Below, in pieces: positions 1 to 11,299 of a DNA stretch of 64,000 nt; the stretch's first letter is position 1; each line of letters opens with the position of its first letter. This DNA is from Candidatus Poribacteria bacterium (GTDB lineage Bacteria; Poribacteria; WGA-4E; WGA-3G): NCBI GenBank assembly GCA_965197475.1, contig CBDANF010000003.1, forward strand, positions 3,680,001 to 3,744,000, read 5' to 3'. Under the pieces are notes generated by a model. The model saw only the letters and a list, made by a program, of their open reading frames with translations, ran no database searches and was not told the DNA's origin. Position numbers and translations under genes: made by a program.

Positions 1-1350
1 TGGGGATTAATGGGAGCATTCGGTCCGTATCAAGGGCAAAATATCTTTGGAATCGGAAACGGTTTAGCACCCAGCCACATCATGGGTTATCTTAAATGGG
101 ATTTTGATGCTCGCCCGGAAAATGGTCGCCTCGGTTGGATTAAACCTGTTAACATCACACAAAGTGGTCAGGTATCTGTTCCAAGTTTTGAACTGTCTCC
201 CAAAACAGACAAACTTTTCAAAATTGATATTCCACATGCTCGGGAATCGTACACTATCATCGGTGGTGAGTCTCCATTACAGACCACTGTGACTAACAGA
301 GAATTTTTTCTTATCGAAAACCGCTATAAAGACTCCGGTGCTACTTTTGACACCTATCTACCCGAATCGGGTATCCTTATTTGGCACATTGATGAGACGC
401 AGGTTCGACGGCTGGGCAGTTATGATGCCGGACAGCAGATTTGGCTTGAAGACCCTAACGATCCTGAACACTTCGGTATCCGACCTGATGACCCCGGCTT
501 TATAGACATCCAAACTGTCACTGCGGGTGCAGCCTATTCTGCAGATGATGACCAAACTGCCTTTACGCCCGGAACTTTGCCTAACAGCAGCGCGAACAAT
601 GGAACGCCTTCCGGTATATCTATCACTAATATTGGCCCTGAGGGTATAATTATGCAGATGCTCGTCTCATTTGGCGACACTTATGAACCGAACGACACCA
701 TAGAAACAGCATTTCCAATCTTCTATAGCCAACCCTACTACTCCTTTCTATATGATGCTTCGGATACCCAAGATTATTATCAAGTTGAAGCTGCTCGCGG
801 CAAAACAGTCCGCGCTATACTCTCGGATATTCCAGTAAATCTGGATTACCGTTTATCACTCCTGACAATGACAGGCAAAACGGTGGCAATAGGAGAGAAA
901 GCACCTGATGCACTGGGATACCAAATTCTTTACCAACCCATGACACAGCAAACGTTATATCTCAAGGTAACATCCGATGGTGGATTTAGCAGCGTTGCAT
1001 CATACAAATTATTAGTAGAACAACTGGACCCCGAATCTTTCGCTCTCACTCAGACCCGTGTTTATCCAAATCCTTTTCGTCCATCAGCATCAACATCGGA
1101 AATGACGTTTGCGTATCAACTCTCCGCCTCTCAATCCGCAGAAACCGTATCTCTTGAAATCTTTACTATTAAAGGGGAAAAGGTCTACAGTAAGACACAT
1201 CAGAATGTGTTCGCCCCCGGAAAATTTCAGTGGGACGGCTCAAATCTTCGCGGAACCCCGCTTGCTTCCGGCATCTATATTTACCACATTGCTGCAACCC
1301 AGGGAAATTCGGTCGTCCGAGACATCGGTAAACTCAGTATCCTCAGATAG
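1..1350 (+). CDS. C-terminal part of a secreted M6-type metalloprotease-like protein with PPC-like and FlgD-Ig/T9SS-like C-terminal domains (5'-partial)
   Basis: EFFLIENR...LPESGILIWHIDE motif typical of immune inhibitor A/M6 C-terminal regions; DTYEPND PPC-like start; VYPNPF...WDG...LASGIYIY tail. Confidence 0.7.
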   Translation, partial: WGLMGAFGPYQGQNIFGIGNGLAPSHIMGYLKWDFDARPENGRLGWIKPVNITQSGQVSVPSFELSPKTDKLFKIDIPHARESYTIIGGESPLQTTVTNREFFLIENRYKDSGATFDTYLPESGILIWHIDETQVRRLGSYDAGQQIWLEDPNDPEHFGIRPDDPGFIDIQTVTAGAAYSADDDQTAFTPGTLPNSSANNGTPSGISITNIGPEGIIMQMLVSFGDTYEPNDTIETAFPIFYSQPYYSFLYDASDTQDYYQVEAARGKTVRAILSDIPVNLDYRLSLLTMTGKTVAIGEKAPDALGYQILYQPMTQQTLYLKVTSDGGFSSVASYKLLVEQLDPESFALTQTRVYPNPFRPSASTSEMTFAYQLSASQSAETVSLEIFTIKGEKVYSKTHQNVFAPGKFQWDGSNLRGTPLASGIYIYHIAATQGNSVVRDIGKLSILR

Positions 1351-1367
1351 TTAGTTGATATTCCTTT

Positions 1368-1508
1368 TATAGTAAATTCTATAATTATTTGGACACTGTT
1401 GTAGCACAGTCAGATACAAATGTGGATGTCCAAGGCGAAATGAATTGCGCGACTACAAACGCCGCAAAACCAAAGAAGAATGTCTACTTATTTCTATAAT
1501 TCACTATA
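1368..1508. repeat. MITE-like element with short terminal inverted repeats
   Basis: tatagtaaatt at 1368-1378 and aattcactata at 1498-1508 enclosing a GTAG...CTAC palindromic unit. Confidence 0.45.
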
Positions 1509-1544
1509 AAAACTGAATGATTCTGATTAAGCGACATAATCTTG

Positions 1545-1573
1545 TTGACGAAAAAACACAGGTATGGTATCTT
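1545..1573 (+). promoter_or_regulatory. putative sigma70 promoter
   Basis: TTGACG-17 bp-TATCTT with extended TG, upstream of the 1622 ORF. Confidence 0.5.
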
Positions 1574-1621
1574 AAAATTACGTCTTTTGACAAACATCTA
1601 AACTAAGTTGCCATACACAAA

Positions 1622-2791
1622 ATGGTAGGCAAGGAGGCAATTTTATCAATGAAATGGTTTAATAAGCAAACAAAATCATGTGAGAATGCACCGAGATATG
1701 TGAGGAGGAGTTTATACCGAAGCAAGCGAATCGACAGGCAGCGGAGAAAATTGACACTGCTGAATCTGGGGATACTCTTTTTATTAGGATTTGTCGTAGC
1801 AGGATGTGGTGGTAGGTCCTTAGCAAGTTTGTCGCCGATTCATCCTGTGGATAATATCGCAAGTGCATTAATGGAAAAAGGTGATAATCCTTCCCCAGAT
1901 GTGTCGATTCCAGCAATTCCTTCCATAGATCTTGCAAAGCCTATATTGGATAAACACGGACTGCAAACAGTCGGATATCGATTTGTTGAAGCAGAGACGG
2001 CGAATACTAAAGCTTTAACGTATTTATTCGCTTTTTCGGAATACGCGCACGCTATTGATAAATGGCATAATTTTTTGACAGACTGGATGGAAACAGAAAA
2101 ACAAATTGAATTGCCCACGGAAAACGAAGACAGGAAGAAAGTAGATGTCGTATTAGTTTCGGACTATCCGCAGGCTTTTAAAGTACAGGCGAAACAACCT
2201 ATCCTCACCAAAACACTGGATGACATTACTGTTTCCATCTGTTATTGGCGCAGGACAGATCTGGATCGAAAATATAATCTGGGTAACGCATTTTCACCTT
2301 TTTACGAAACTGAGGCACTCCGCCAAGGCGACAAAACGGATGTGTTTTACGTGAAGATTACCAACAATCGGAAGCAATCCATCATCTTTGATGTAAAAAA
2401 TTGCCAAATAGCTGACCAAGGTGAAAACTTCTACGAGGGACTTGATTATAATGATTTAAAGGATCGATTCACCTTTATGTCGCGTGCCTCTGGCCTTTAT
2501 GTTAAAAACAGTCTTGAAAAGGCGCGAGAGATCTTAATTGAAAAGCGTATGCCTATTGTTGAAAAACATGTTGGCGCGCCCCACCTTGGTGTTGAACCTG
2601 GAGAGAGTGTGGAAGGTTTCCTTCCATTCAGACAGACAAAACTAAATGCCCTTGCCCTCAGTGTGATTCTGCCGATTGAAAAAGTTCCACCTCCTGGAGG
2701 TGCCCAACGTTATCAAACGATAGAGTTTAAGTTCCCGTTTACGCACCACAGAGGTACTCGGGCTGCTCAACCTGCCCCACAACGTTATTAA
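1622..2791 (+). CDS. hypothetical lipoprotein/membrane-anchored protein
   Basis: 389-aa ORF; hydrophobic stretch ending in VVAGC lipobox-like motif; start codon uncertain. Confidence 0.7.
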   Translation: MVGKEAILSMKWFNKQTKSCENAPRYVRRSLYRSKRIDRQRRKLTLLNLGILFLLGFVVAGCGGRSLASLSPIHPVDNIASALMEKGDNPSPDVSIPAIPSIDLAKPILDKHGLQTVGYRFVEAETANTKALTYLFAFSEYAHAIDKWHNFLTDWMETEKQIELPTENEDRKKVDVVLVSDYPQAFKVQAKQPILTKTLDDITVSICYWRRTDLDRKYNLGNAFSPFYETEALRQGDKTDVFYVKITNNRKQSIIFDVKNCQIADQGENFYEGLDYNDLKDRFTFMSRASGLYVKNSLEKAREILIEKRMPIVEKHVGAPHLGVEPGESVEGFLPFRQTKLNALALSVILPIEKVPPPGGAQRYQTIEFKFPFTHHRGTRAAQPAPQRY

Positions 2792-2851
2792 GATAACGAC
2801 TTGTGCTAGTTACGTAATAGTTTTGTTGTTCTTCACAACTGTTCATATTCT

Positions 2852-2906
2852 GTAGGAGCGATCTCCGAATCGCGACACGGTATCGGGAATCGGAGTTCCC
2901 TCCTAC
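2852..2906. repeat. GTAG-type REP doublet (further copies at 27272-27323 and 29532-29583)
   Basis: gtaggagcgatctccgaatcg...gggaatcgga(g/a)ttccctcctac seen three times. Confidence 0.7.
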
Positions 2907-3049
2907 CTTTAGATGTCGTCAGGAATCGGAACAGTTGCGGAATTCAAACCCAAACGAGACAAACATGTGAAATATAAACATATTAAGATTGTTATGGGAA
3001 TACTTAACCTGATACGTTTTGTTCCGGTTATATATTTTCCTGCTCTCAA

Positions 3050-3096
3050 CTGAAAAGGCGTTTGATGTGGATAACCGCATCAAACGCCTTTTTCAG
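3050..3096. terminator. bidirectional intrinsic terminator between convergent genes
   Basis: aaaaggcgtttgatgtgg-ataa-ccgcatcaaacgccttttt long hairpin with A and T tails. Confidence 0.7.
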
Positions 3097-3136
3097 AATA
3101 TGGGAATGTGGTCTTTCACAGTAGATATACCGAAAT

Positions 3137-5119
3137 TCAGTTAACAATATCACAAGGTGGAAGAGAATCTAAAAATAGTTTGCCATAACTCCGGGTTCTG
3201 ATACGTGAATCCAGAATTACCACGATACCCTGATCGGTTTGTGTTCGGATAAGTCGCCCGAATCCTTGTTTAAGACGGAGTACGGCTTCCGGCAAACTGA
3301 ATTCCATGAACTCATTTCCGCCCTGTTCTTTAATCTGTTTGACACGTGCTTCAATGACCGGATGTGTTGGTACTTCAAACGGGAGTCTTGTGATAATCAC
3401 GCTACTCAGTGCTTCACCTCGTACATCAACGCCTTCCCAGAAACTGGAAGTCCCAAACAACACAGAATTTGTATCCTCACGGAACGCCTGTAGCATATCT
3501 GTCCGTGAAAGTTCTCCTCCCTGTTTAAAAGTATCAATACCGATTTCAGCAAGGTAGGGAGCAACCGCCTCGTAAACTTCATCCATCATCTTGTAGCTGG
3601 TAAACAGGATAAACGCTTTGCCATGCGTCAATTTGAGATAATGTTTTATTTCTTGAATGGCGGCGGGTATAAACTCAGTACTATTCGGATCTGGCATAGA
3701 ACGCGGAATATGAATTTTTACTTGCTCCTTAAAGTTAAACGGGGAGTGTAAAAGTAGCTCCTGGCACTCACTTATACCGATCCGGTTTTTAAAGTAATCG
3801 AAATTGCGATTGGTTGATAGTGTAGCACTTGTCATCACAACGCTCTCTTTTGCATCAAAGAGATTCTCCTGTAACATCCGGCTAACATTTATAGGAGTAG
3901 CGTTCAGAAGAATGCGAGGCGTTCGACCCCAACTTGAAGTTTCTACCCAGTAGATATAGTCTGTATCAGGTTGCCGAATCATTAGGTCCAGTTCTTCCCG
4001 AAGCCTTTTACATTGGTTATAGTATGAAGCCAATTCCTGTTCATCGTCATCCGTTGTGGCGTTATCGTGAAGTTGTTTAAGCGTCTTTTCGATGCGCGAC
4101 AACGGCGCGTCTAATACATTTCCTTTCGCAAAAACCTCAGCAACACTGTTTTCGTCAATTCTTTTTGTCGCAGTATATCTATCTGTATCGGCAAAGTACT
4201 CGGCAACGGTGTCAAAAAATAGGTTTGCTTGTTCACGTGCTTCATCAACCGCATTAATAAGTTGTGTTGAGTCAAATCGTGATGCTGTTCCGGTTTCGTT
4301 TCTCTGGTTGTGGAGTGCGTCTAACAACCATTTGACCTTGGTGTTGCTAATTTCAAGACTGGTATGATGTGTTGCTGTGGCTTCCAAATGATGTGCTTCA
4401 TCAATGATCAGGTAATCATAGTTGGGAAGAATCCCAGCTGATGGGTCAATACGCCGAATAGCCAAATCACTAAATAGGAGGTGATGATTGACGATGAGCA
4501 GGTCCGCTTCGTGCATCTCGTTCCGCGCCTTGAAGTAGAAACAGACATCGTAGGTAGGACATTTGCGACCAAGGCAGTTATCCCGATCAGATGCCACCTT
4601 ATCCCATATTTGAGACTTCGGTTGTATGGGGAGATCGGCACGGCTGCCGTCGATAGTCGTTTCGACCCAAGCAACAATATTCTTTACCATATCAACCTCT
4701 TCCATCGTGTCAAATAAGCCACGTTCATAAGTAAGTAAGCTTTCCAATCGTCGTCGCGAGAGGTAGTTACGCCGTCCTTTTGCAAGGACCGCCTTGAAAT
4801 CACGAGGAAGTACGCTTTGCAGAAACGGAATATCTTTGGTAACGAGCTGTTCCTGCAAGCTGATGGTATTGGTCGATATAACAACTGTTTGGTCTGTTCT
4901 AAGTGCGAGTGAAATGGCTGGAATAAGATATGCGAAACTTTTTCCGACACCCGTTCCAGCTTCAACGATCAGATGTTCAGATGCAGCAAATGCGCGGGCA
5001 ACCGCATTTGACATGTGAAGCTGCCCCTCGCGAAACTCATATCCCGAAAGATGCTGTGAGATGATACCGCCAGGACTAAAAATATCTCTAAGGGTCAAAG
5101 TTTTGGGTGTTTGTGCCAT
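3137..5119 (-). CDS. dinG: DinG/YoaA family ATP-dependent DNA helicase
   Basis: EAGTGVGKS Walker A, Fe-S cysteines CLGRKCPTYDVCF, DEAHH, FWEGVD and QGFGRLIR motifs. Confidence 0.92.
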   Translation of the reverse strand: MAQTPKTLTLRDIFSPGGIISQHLSGYEFREGQLHMSNAVARAFAASEHLIVEAGTGVGKSFAYLIPAISLALRTDQTVVISTNTISLQEQLVTKDIPFLQSVLPRDFKAVLAKGRRNYLSRRRLESLLTYERGLFDTMEEVDMVKNIVAWVETTIDGSRADLPIQPKSQIWDKVASDRDNCLGRKCPTYDVCFYFKARNEMHEADLLIVNHHLLFSDLAIRRIDPSAGILPNYDYLIIDEAHHLEATATHHTSLEISNTKVKWLLDALHNQRNETGTASRFDSTQLINAVDEAREQANLFFDTVAEYFADTDRYTATKRIDENSVAEVFAKGNVLDAPLSRIEKTLKQLHDNATTDDDEQELASYYNQCKRLREELDLMIRQPDTDYIYWVETSSWGRTPRILLNATPINVSRMLQENLFDAKESVVMTSATLSTNRNFDYFKNRIGISECQELLLHSPFNFKEQVKIHIPRSMPDPNSTEFIPAAIQEIKHYLKLTHGKAFILFTSYKMMDEVYEAVAPYLAEIGIDTFKQGGELSRTDMLQAFREDTNSVLFGTSSFWEGVDVRGEALSSVIITRLPFEVPTHPVIEARVKQIKEQGGNEFMEFSLPEAVLRLKQGFGRLIRTQTDQGIVVILDSRIRTRSYGKLFLDSLPPCDIVN

Positions 5120-5188
5120 GTGTTTCCACTATATTGCTATCAGTTCTTAATTAAAGTCCCAGATGTGCAAAACACTTTTAACCGAAGG

Positions 5189-6550
5189 CTATTTTTGCAG
5201 CTGAACCTTTAATTTTTCTGTGCCGTGGCTGCTCTTAATGTCAAGAATAAGTTCTAAAGCATCTCGCTCAAGCTGCAGAAACGCTTCAAGCGTTTGAACG
5301 TCGGTAATTTCTTTTCCATTGATTGCAAGGATGAGTGCTCCGCGCGGAATTTTTGCGTTGAACCCAGGGGCGTTTTCCTTTACCCTTGCGACGATTACGC
5401 CGCGGTCTTTATCTGATAGGTAGGTATATCTTTGAAAATCACTCTTTTCCAGTTTCCGTACTGCCAATCCAAGTGTTTTCCATGAAACAGATTCATCTAC
5501 AATAGGTAACCCTGCCATTTCCGGCGGCATTTCGTCAATTGTCACATTAAATGTTCTTTCTTTCCCACGCCGCAACACCTTGATGATAGATTGTTTGCCA
5601 ACTTGTGATTCTGCTATGAGCGTCTGGAATTCAAGGGATTTTTGCACCTTTTTCCCATTGTATTCAAAGATGATGTCACGCCATTCTAAACCTGCTCTGT
5701 GAGCAGGTGTTCCTATTCCTACTCTTTCAATGCGAATGCCTTTTGAGACCTCCTGCATGGAAATACCGAGGTAACCACGAATAATTTTACCATTTGCTAC
5801 CAGCTGATTGCCAATAGTGTTAACAAGATTGCTTGGAATCGCAAATCCCGCACCTGCTCTTGCCGGAGCGGGTGTATTTTCAACCTTACGAATTAAGGCA
5901 TTGATGCCGATAACTTCTCCATAGATGTTTAGTAGAGGACCGCCGCTGCTACCGGTGTTAATCCACGCATCCGTTTGGATGAAGTTTTGGTGACGAATGA
6001 CGCGCAATCCAAGGGGGACAGAACGTCCTTTACCGCTCACAATACCAGTTGTTACGGTAAAGTCAAGTTGAAAAGGGTTACCTATTGCGATGGCAAATTG
6101 TCCCACTCGAACCTTGTCGGAGTCAGCTAATGGAAGAATAGGGAATTCCTTTTCTCTCTCAACTTTTAAGACAGCAACATCTGTGATGATATCCGTTCCG
6201 ACTAATTTCGCATCAAGTATGCTACCGTCTAACAATTCCACTGCAAGCCGTTCCGCATCATGTACGATGTGGTCGTTTGTTAGAATATAACCGTCTTTCC
6301 GAAAAATAAATCCAGAGCCTTCTCGATAAAAATCTTTAGTTCTATTTCTGGCGACAACCCCTACAATAGCAGGTTTACTTTGCGCAGCAATATCAACAAA
6401 TGCGTTTTCAATGGCACTTAACAGTTCCAAATTGCGCGGTTGCTTGATTCGGGAGGCACATGAAGATAAAATGATAACAAAAAGGAGTGGGACACAATAA
6501 TAAATCTTTTTTCTCATCAAACAATTCCTTCTTTCAGAAGTTTTTATCAA
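5189..6550 (-). CDS. HtrA/DegP family serine protease with two PDZ domains (lipoprotein; likely start 6517)
   Basis: GSGF, TNDH, QTDAWINTGSSGGPL, GYLGI PDZ entry; LSSC lipobox. Confidence 0.92.
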   Translation of the reverse strand: MIKTSERRNCLMRKKIYYCVPLLFVIILSSCASRIKQPRNLELLSAIENAFVDIAAQSKPAIVGVVARNRTKDFYREGSGFIFRKDGYILTNDHIVHDAERLAVELLDGSILDAKLVGTDIITDVAVLKVEREKEFPILPLADSDKVRVGQFAIAIGNPFQLDFTVTTGIVSGKGRSVPLGLRVIRHQNFIQTDAWINTGSSGGPLLNIYGEVIGINALIRKVENTPAPARAGAGFAIPSNLVNTIGNQLVANGKIIRGYLGISMQEVSKGIRIERVGIGTPAHRAGLEWRDIIFEYNGKKVQKSLEFQTLIAESQVGKQSIIKVLRRGKERTFNVTIDEMPPEMAGLPIVDESVSWKTLGLAVRKLEKSDFQRYTYLSDKDRGVIVARVKENAPGFNAKIPRGALILAINGKEITDVQTLEAFLQLERDALELILDIKSSHGTEKLKVQLQK

Positions 6551-6716
6551 GATTATACCAAATTCTGAGGTTTTAAATGGAACAAAAGTTGCCGAAGTTA
6601 GGATAGATAACGTGAGTTCGGTAAAAAAACCGCTTGTAATGCAAACTGTTAGTTTGCACTACAACACGAGTAGGATAGTGGGTGTCAGATATGCGAAATT
6701 TGTCCACACCCCATTT

Positions 6717-8060
6717 TCAGTTAACTATTTTTAAATTGATCGCTACTTTTTGTGTGCCATGAATACTTTTAATATCAAGAACCATCATACCTGTTATGTT
6801 TTGTTTATCTTGAAGGAACGTTTCAAGGGTTTGAACGTCGGTGATTTCTTGTCCATTGATAGCAACGATGAGTGCGCCACGCGGAATTTTTGCGTTGAAC
6901 CCGAGAGAATCTTTCTTAACCTTTTCAACGATAATGCCGCGATCTTGATCAGTGAGGTAGGTATATCTTTGATAATTCCCATCCTCCAACTTTCTCAGGG
7001 CTAACCCAAGCTTTTTCCAAGAAACAGACTCAGTTTTAACAGAGCGTCCTACCAATTCAGGTGGCATCTCATCAATAGTCACATTGAGTGTGATTTCCTG
7101 TTTTTGTCGTACTACCTTAATGGGATATTGCTTGCCGATTTGGCATTCCGCAACCATCAATCTGAATTCATAGAGTTCCGGCACCTTTTCCTCATCGAAT
7201 TCAACGATGATGTCATTCCGTTTTAAACCGCATTGGGATGCAGGCGTGTCTGGTTTTACTTTTGTAATTTTGAGACCTTTTGAAACATTTTGCAGATCAG
7301 CATCAAAGTAGCCACGGATAACTCTTCCATGTGTAATCAGTTGATGCCCAATTTTTTTAGCGAGATTACTATTAATAGCTAAGGTTGATCCTTCTCCCGG
7401 GTTTAAGGAATTGATACCAATAACCTCGCCTTGGATATTCAGCAAGGGACCACCGCTACTGCCTGGGTTAATCCAAGCATCCGTTTGGATGTAATTATTA
7501 TGATATTGAAAGATCGTTGTTTTTGGATGAAAACAACGATCTTTGCCGCCGACGATACCTGCCGTCACAGTATACCTATATCGTAGTGGGTCGCCGATGG
7601 CGACAGCAAATTGTCCTATTCGAATCTTTGCTGAATCCGCCATCGTAAGAACCGGAAATTCTTCTTCTTGATCAATTTTTATAACCGCAATATCAGTGTT
7701 CTGATCGCCCCCGACCAATCTTGCATTAAACGCGCTGCCATCAAACAACGTCACCCTGATGCTTTTTGATCCGCGCACGACGTGTTCGTTGGTTAGGATA
7801 TAGCCATCTTTCCGAAAAATAAAACCGGAGCCCGTCCCTGATGTATCAATAGTTTTGTTATCCTTTCGTTCTTCTTTTCTAACGGAAAGACTAACAATAG
7901 CAGGCATACTCTGATTCACGATATTAGTAATGGCGTTTTCAAAAGAGCTTAAAATTTCAAAATCGCTTGGGGGGTTTATTTGGTTGGTTGACGTTGCACA
8001 CGAACTGATAATAGCGACGAAAATGAGTAAAAGAGTGCTTAAACTTGTGTTTCTTTTCAT
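6717..8060 (-). CDS. HtrA/DegP family serine protease, tandem paralog
   Basis: GSGF, TNEH, QTDAWINPGSSGGPL; ISSC lipobox; similar to 5189-6550. Confidence 0.92.
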   Translation of the reverse strand: MKRNTSLSTLLLIFVAIISSCATSTNQINPPSDFEILSSFENAITNIVNQSMPAIVSLSVRKEERKDNKTIDTSGTGSGFIFRKDGYILTNEHVVRGSKSIRVTLFDGSAFNARLVGGDQNTDIAVIKIDQEEEFPVLTMADSAKIRIGQFAVAIGDPLRYRYTVTAGIVGGKDRCFHPKTTIFQYHNNYIQTDAWINPGSSGGPLLNIQGEVIGINSLNPGEGSTLAINSNLAKKIGHQLITHGRVIRGYFDADLQNVSKGLKITKVKPDTPASQCGLKRNDIIVEFDEEKVPELYEFRLMVAECQIGKQYPIKVVRQKQEITLNVTIDEMPPELVGRSVKTESVSWKKLGLALRKLEDGNYQRYTYLTDQDRGIIVEKVKKDSLGFNAKIPRGALIVAINGQEITDVQTLETFLQDKQNITGMMVLDIKSIHGTQKVAINLKIVN

Positions 8061-8302
8061 CAGAATACCTCTTTAGTTTTATTTTTAACTATCGTAAAAC
8101 CTATAATTATTTATACACTTTTACACATGAATGGTTGCAACGTTCTATTGTAAAGATAAGAGGGTAACGAATTGCGCGACTATAAAAGGTGTTTTTGTTA
8201 ATGAAAAGCAATCATTTAGAAATGGTACAACATCTATTTTTGTATATTCCATTTTAACAGATTCTGGAGGAAATGTCAATTCATTTTTCTGACCGTATGT
8301 CT

Positions 8303-8331
8303 TTGACGAATCGGATTGGATGTGTTATACT
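8303..8331 (+). promoter_or_regulatory. putative sigma70 promoter
   Basis: TTGACG-17 bp-TATACT. Confidence 0.6.
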
Positions 8332-8372
8332 TTTGCCATTATAATCACGAACATTTAAGGAATCGCTGATAA

Positions 8373-10127
8373 ATGAATTTGCTACGTTACTCGCTTATTT
8401 TCATCTTCGTAACCACAATCGCTATCGCTGAAGAACCCACCCCGTTTGGCATTCCACCGTGGCAACCCACAGGCAGATACACACATCCCGATATTCGAGA
8501 GAGTTCTGGTATTGTTGTGAGTAAACAGTTTGAAGATGTCTATTGGACGTTGAACGACTCCGGCAACCCCGCACTCCTTTACGCAACAAAACGGAATGGT
8601 GAATCAATCCGAGAAATCAAAGTCCGCGGTACCCGAAATTTTGATTGGGAAGCACTCGGTATTGACGACAAGGGGCAACTCTGGATCGGTGACATCGGCA
8701 ATAACAGCAGAATGCGATTTGATTTAAATGTGGTTGTCGTGAAAGAACCGAACCCGTACACTGAGGCAGAAGCAAAAGTCATAGCGAAGTATCCGTATCA
8801 GTACCCTGATAAAAATGTAGATGCAGAAGGTCTGTTTATTGCAGATGGCATACCCTATATTGTGTCTAAAGAACAAGCAGGAGCGGTGCTTTACCGTTTT
8901 CCCGAATTGAATGCGGACGCGAAGCAGGTTTTGGAACGTGTCGGTGAGTTCGCAGGAGCGAAACAAGTTACAGGTGCTGGTATCTCGGAGGACGGAAAGC
9001 GATTGGCTGTCTGCACATACAATTCCCTCTGGGTATATCACGACGCTGCTGGCGACTTAGCACAGATGATTCAGAGAAAACCGTGGGTCTTGCGGCACAA
9101 TTTTCTTGGTGAGGCGATCTGTTTTGAAGGTTATAATCTCTATTTGACAAACGAAGCGCGCGATATCTACGCACTACCACAATTTTGGTATAAGAAACAG
9201 TGGAAAATACCACCCAAAAACACACAATCGGCAGTATCCTCGTTAGACGTGCAAGAGTCAGAGGGATATAAGTTAGAAAACTATCGTGATGCTGGGATTG
9301 ATATTGATGGTGGGCACGTTGCATTGGATGCCAAAATATCAGGCGCAGCAGTACATCAAAAGATTGAAGTTCCCTATAAAAACCTGTATGAAATCAGTGC
9401 TGTCTTGACCCAAGGACCGGAATATGGACAAGCAGAACTCACCGTTAATGGAACAAAGGTTGGTCAACCTTATGATTGCTACCACCCGGAACTGATTGCT
9501 GGAACGTTGGTAACTTTCGGCACTGTCTCACTGAACCAAGGAGATAACCAAATCATATTGAGGAGTGTCGGTAAATCAACTGAGGCGACAGGTTATAAAG
9601 TTGGAGTTGATTCCTATCAGATATTGCATGCTTCTCCGTTTGTTCGGCGTTATATGATTTTAGGTCCGTTTCCGAAGGCAGATGTCAACACGACAGTTCC
9701 ATTGATTTCTTCAGAAAACCTGCTGAATCTGAACGAAACTTATAAAGGAATTGAAGGAAAAACGATCCGTTGGCGTGAAGCAGAGACCAGAACAAGCGGT
9801 ATGCTGGATTTACGAGCGAACATCGGTATGAACACAGGCGTGGTGGGATACGCGGTTACATACATCTATACACCAAAAGCGATGGACACTGTTCTGCTGT
9901 TAGGCAGCGATGAGACGGTTACGGTGTGGTTAAACGGCACAGAGATTCACAAAAAGCGGGTCTACCGACGTATAACCCCAGATGCAGATACGATTCCGTG
10001 CCAGTTGAAAGCAGGATGGAACGCGGTTGTGTGTAGCGTTGAACAGAACAGTTGGACGTGGGCACTGTATCTACGGTTTACTGATGCAGAGGGTGTGCTT
10101 AAATATAGTCTCCAACCGAAAAAATAG
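8373..10127 (+). CDS. secreted hypothetical protein (beta-propeller N-terminus, carbohydrate-binding-like and PA14-like domains)
   Basis: signal peptide; ESSG...WTLNDSG...DWEAL...GDIGNN propeller motifs; GSDETVTVWLNG PA14-like motif. Confidence 0.7.
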   Translation: MNLLRYSLIFIFVTTIAIAEEPTPFGIPPWQPTGRYTHPDIRESSGIVVSKQFEDVYWTLNDSGNPALLYATKRNGESIREIKVRGTRNFDWEALGIDDKGQLWIGDIGNNSRMRFDLNVVVVKEPNPYTEAEAKVIAKYPYQYPDKNVDAEGLFIADGIPYIVSKEQAGAVLYRFPELNADAKQVLERVGEFAGAKQVTGAGISEDGKRLAVCTYNSLWVYHDAAGDLAQMIQRKPWVLRHNFLGEAICFEGYNLYLTNEARDIYALPQFWYKKQWKIPPKNTQSAVSSLDVQESEGYKLENYRDAGIDIDGGHVALDAKISGAAVHQKIEVPYKNLYEISAVLTQGPEYGQAELTVNGTKVGQPYDCYHPELIAGTLVTFGTVSLNQGDNQIILRSVGKSTEATGYKVGVDSYQILHASPFVRRYMILGPFPKADVNTTVPLISSENLLNLNETYKGIEGKTIRWREAETRTSGMLDLRANIGMNTGVVGYAVTYIYTPKAMDTVLLLGSDETVTVWLNGTEIHKKRVYRRITPDADTIPCQLKAGWNAVVCSVEQNSWTWALYLRFTDAEGVLKYSLQPKK

Positions 10128-10398
10128 GGCGGATTACGCAGATTTCGCGAATTATTTATCATAATTCCTCAAATTTTTACCTAATTCTCGTATTTTTCAA
10201 ATTTTACTTGATTTTTTTTGCAGAATGTATATAATTATCGTATTGAGACAATTATATACATTTACAATTATATATAACTGTCTTGATAAGATTGTATTGC
10301 AGGAAATTACTGTAATATTCGGTTTGCTTGACTGATGTAACCAATCCTTTTCAACAGACACACCACACAAGGATGCCATAAACAAAAGGAGGTATTAA

Positions 10399-11142
10399 AT
10401 GTTTCGCGATATTCTTACCAACAAGTGGTTTATTGGCGGTTTTTGCTTCCTGATCGTGTTTGCTATAGCGTGTGTGTTCTGGTACCGATACGATACGGCA
10501 CCTGACAGAAAATCGGCAGCGGAGACTGCTGAACTGCTCCGGCAATGGGCAGCTAAGAAAGCGGTAACTGATAGCGAGGCAGCTGATATACCTGCAGATA
10601 GTACAACGCCAAACACGGAGAAAACAACCAGGGCAGTGGCGGAAACGGACACAAGCACCGAGGCAGAAACCAAGACATACAAAGAAGGGGACATCTACAT
10701 TGGTAAGACACCCCCGCCAATACCGGTTTCTCAAGATCAGCTTGTCTCCCCTTACGGATTCGGACCCTATCCGGAATTGCCGGAAGGGTTCGGTCCCATT
10801 ACATGGCCCCGCAAACATGCTGAATCTGAGTTAATGATACGCATGGAGATAGAACTTCTAAATCAAGGTGTTCCTGTAGAAGGAATTGTTATGAAGAATG
10901 GCTTGATATATCCTATCATCAAAGGCATCTGTTATGTGGAATGGGGTGAGACATCCTACGGAAGACGATATCTCCGCCGCTCTACCGGTCATCCTGATGA
11001 TGGCGATTACATGGAAACCATTGAAGAAGAAAGAAGAAAGCGGCATGAAAGTGTCACTGCGTCTGACTTTCCTGGTATCCAACTAATACTGTATGAAGAG
11101 GGCGGTATAGACCCCTATACCTTCCTTGATTTACCAAAATAA
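10399..11142 (+). CDS. hypothetical N-terminally membrane-anchored protein, copy 1
   Basis: AGGAGG RBS; one TM segment; near-identical to 11617-12363. Confidence 0.8.
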   Translation: MFRDILTNKWFIGGFCFLIVFAIACVFWYRYDTAPDRKSAAETAELLRQWAAKKAVTDSEAADIPADSTTPNTEKTTRAVAETDTSTEAETKTYKEGDIYIGKTPPPIPVSQDQLVSPYGFGPYPELPEGFGPITWPRKHAESELMIRMEIELLNQGVPVEGIVMKNGLIYPIIKGICYVEWGETSYGRRYLRRSTGHPDDGDYMETIEEERRKRHESVTASDFPGIQLILYEEGGIDPYTFLDLPK

Positions 11143-11152
11143 GGAGAAACAC

Positions 11153-11299
11153 ATGAAACGTTTTATAAGTTACACACTGATTTTTACAATACTCGCGTGC
11201 ACCCTCACGGTGCTTTGGGCTGACACCAAAAAGAGAAATGTAAATCAGTATTGGGAAAATGCCTCACAACTTAAAAAATCACAGATGGGAATATCCTAA
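11153..11299 (+). pseudogene. truncated secreted protein, paralog of 12374-13114
   Basis: MKRFISYTLIFTIL start identical to the 12374 ORF; stops after 48 aa at a TAATCCTG-type tandem repeat. Confidence 0.6.
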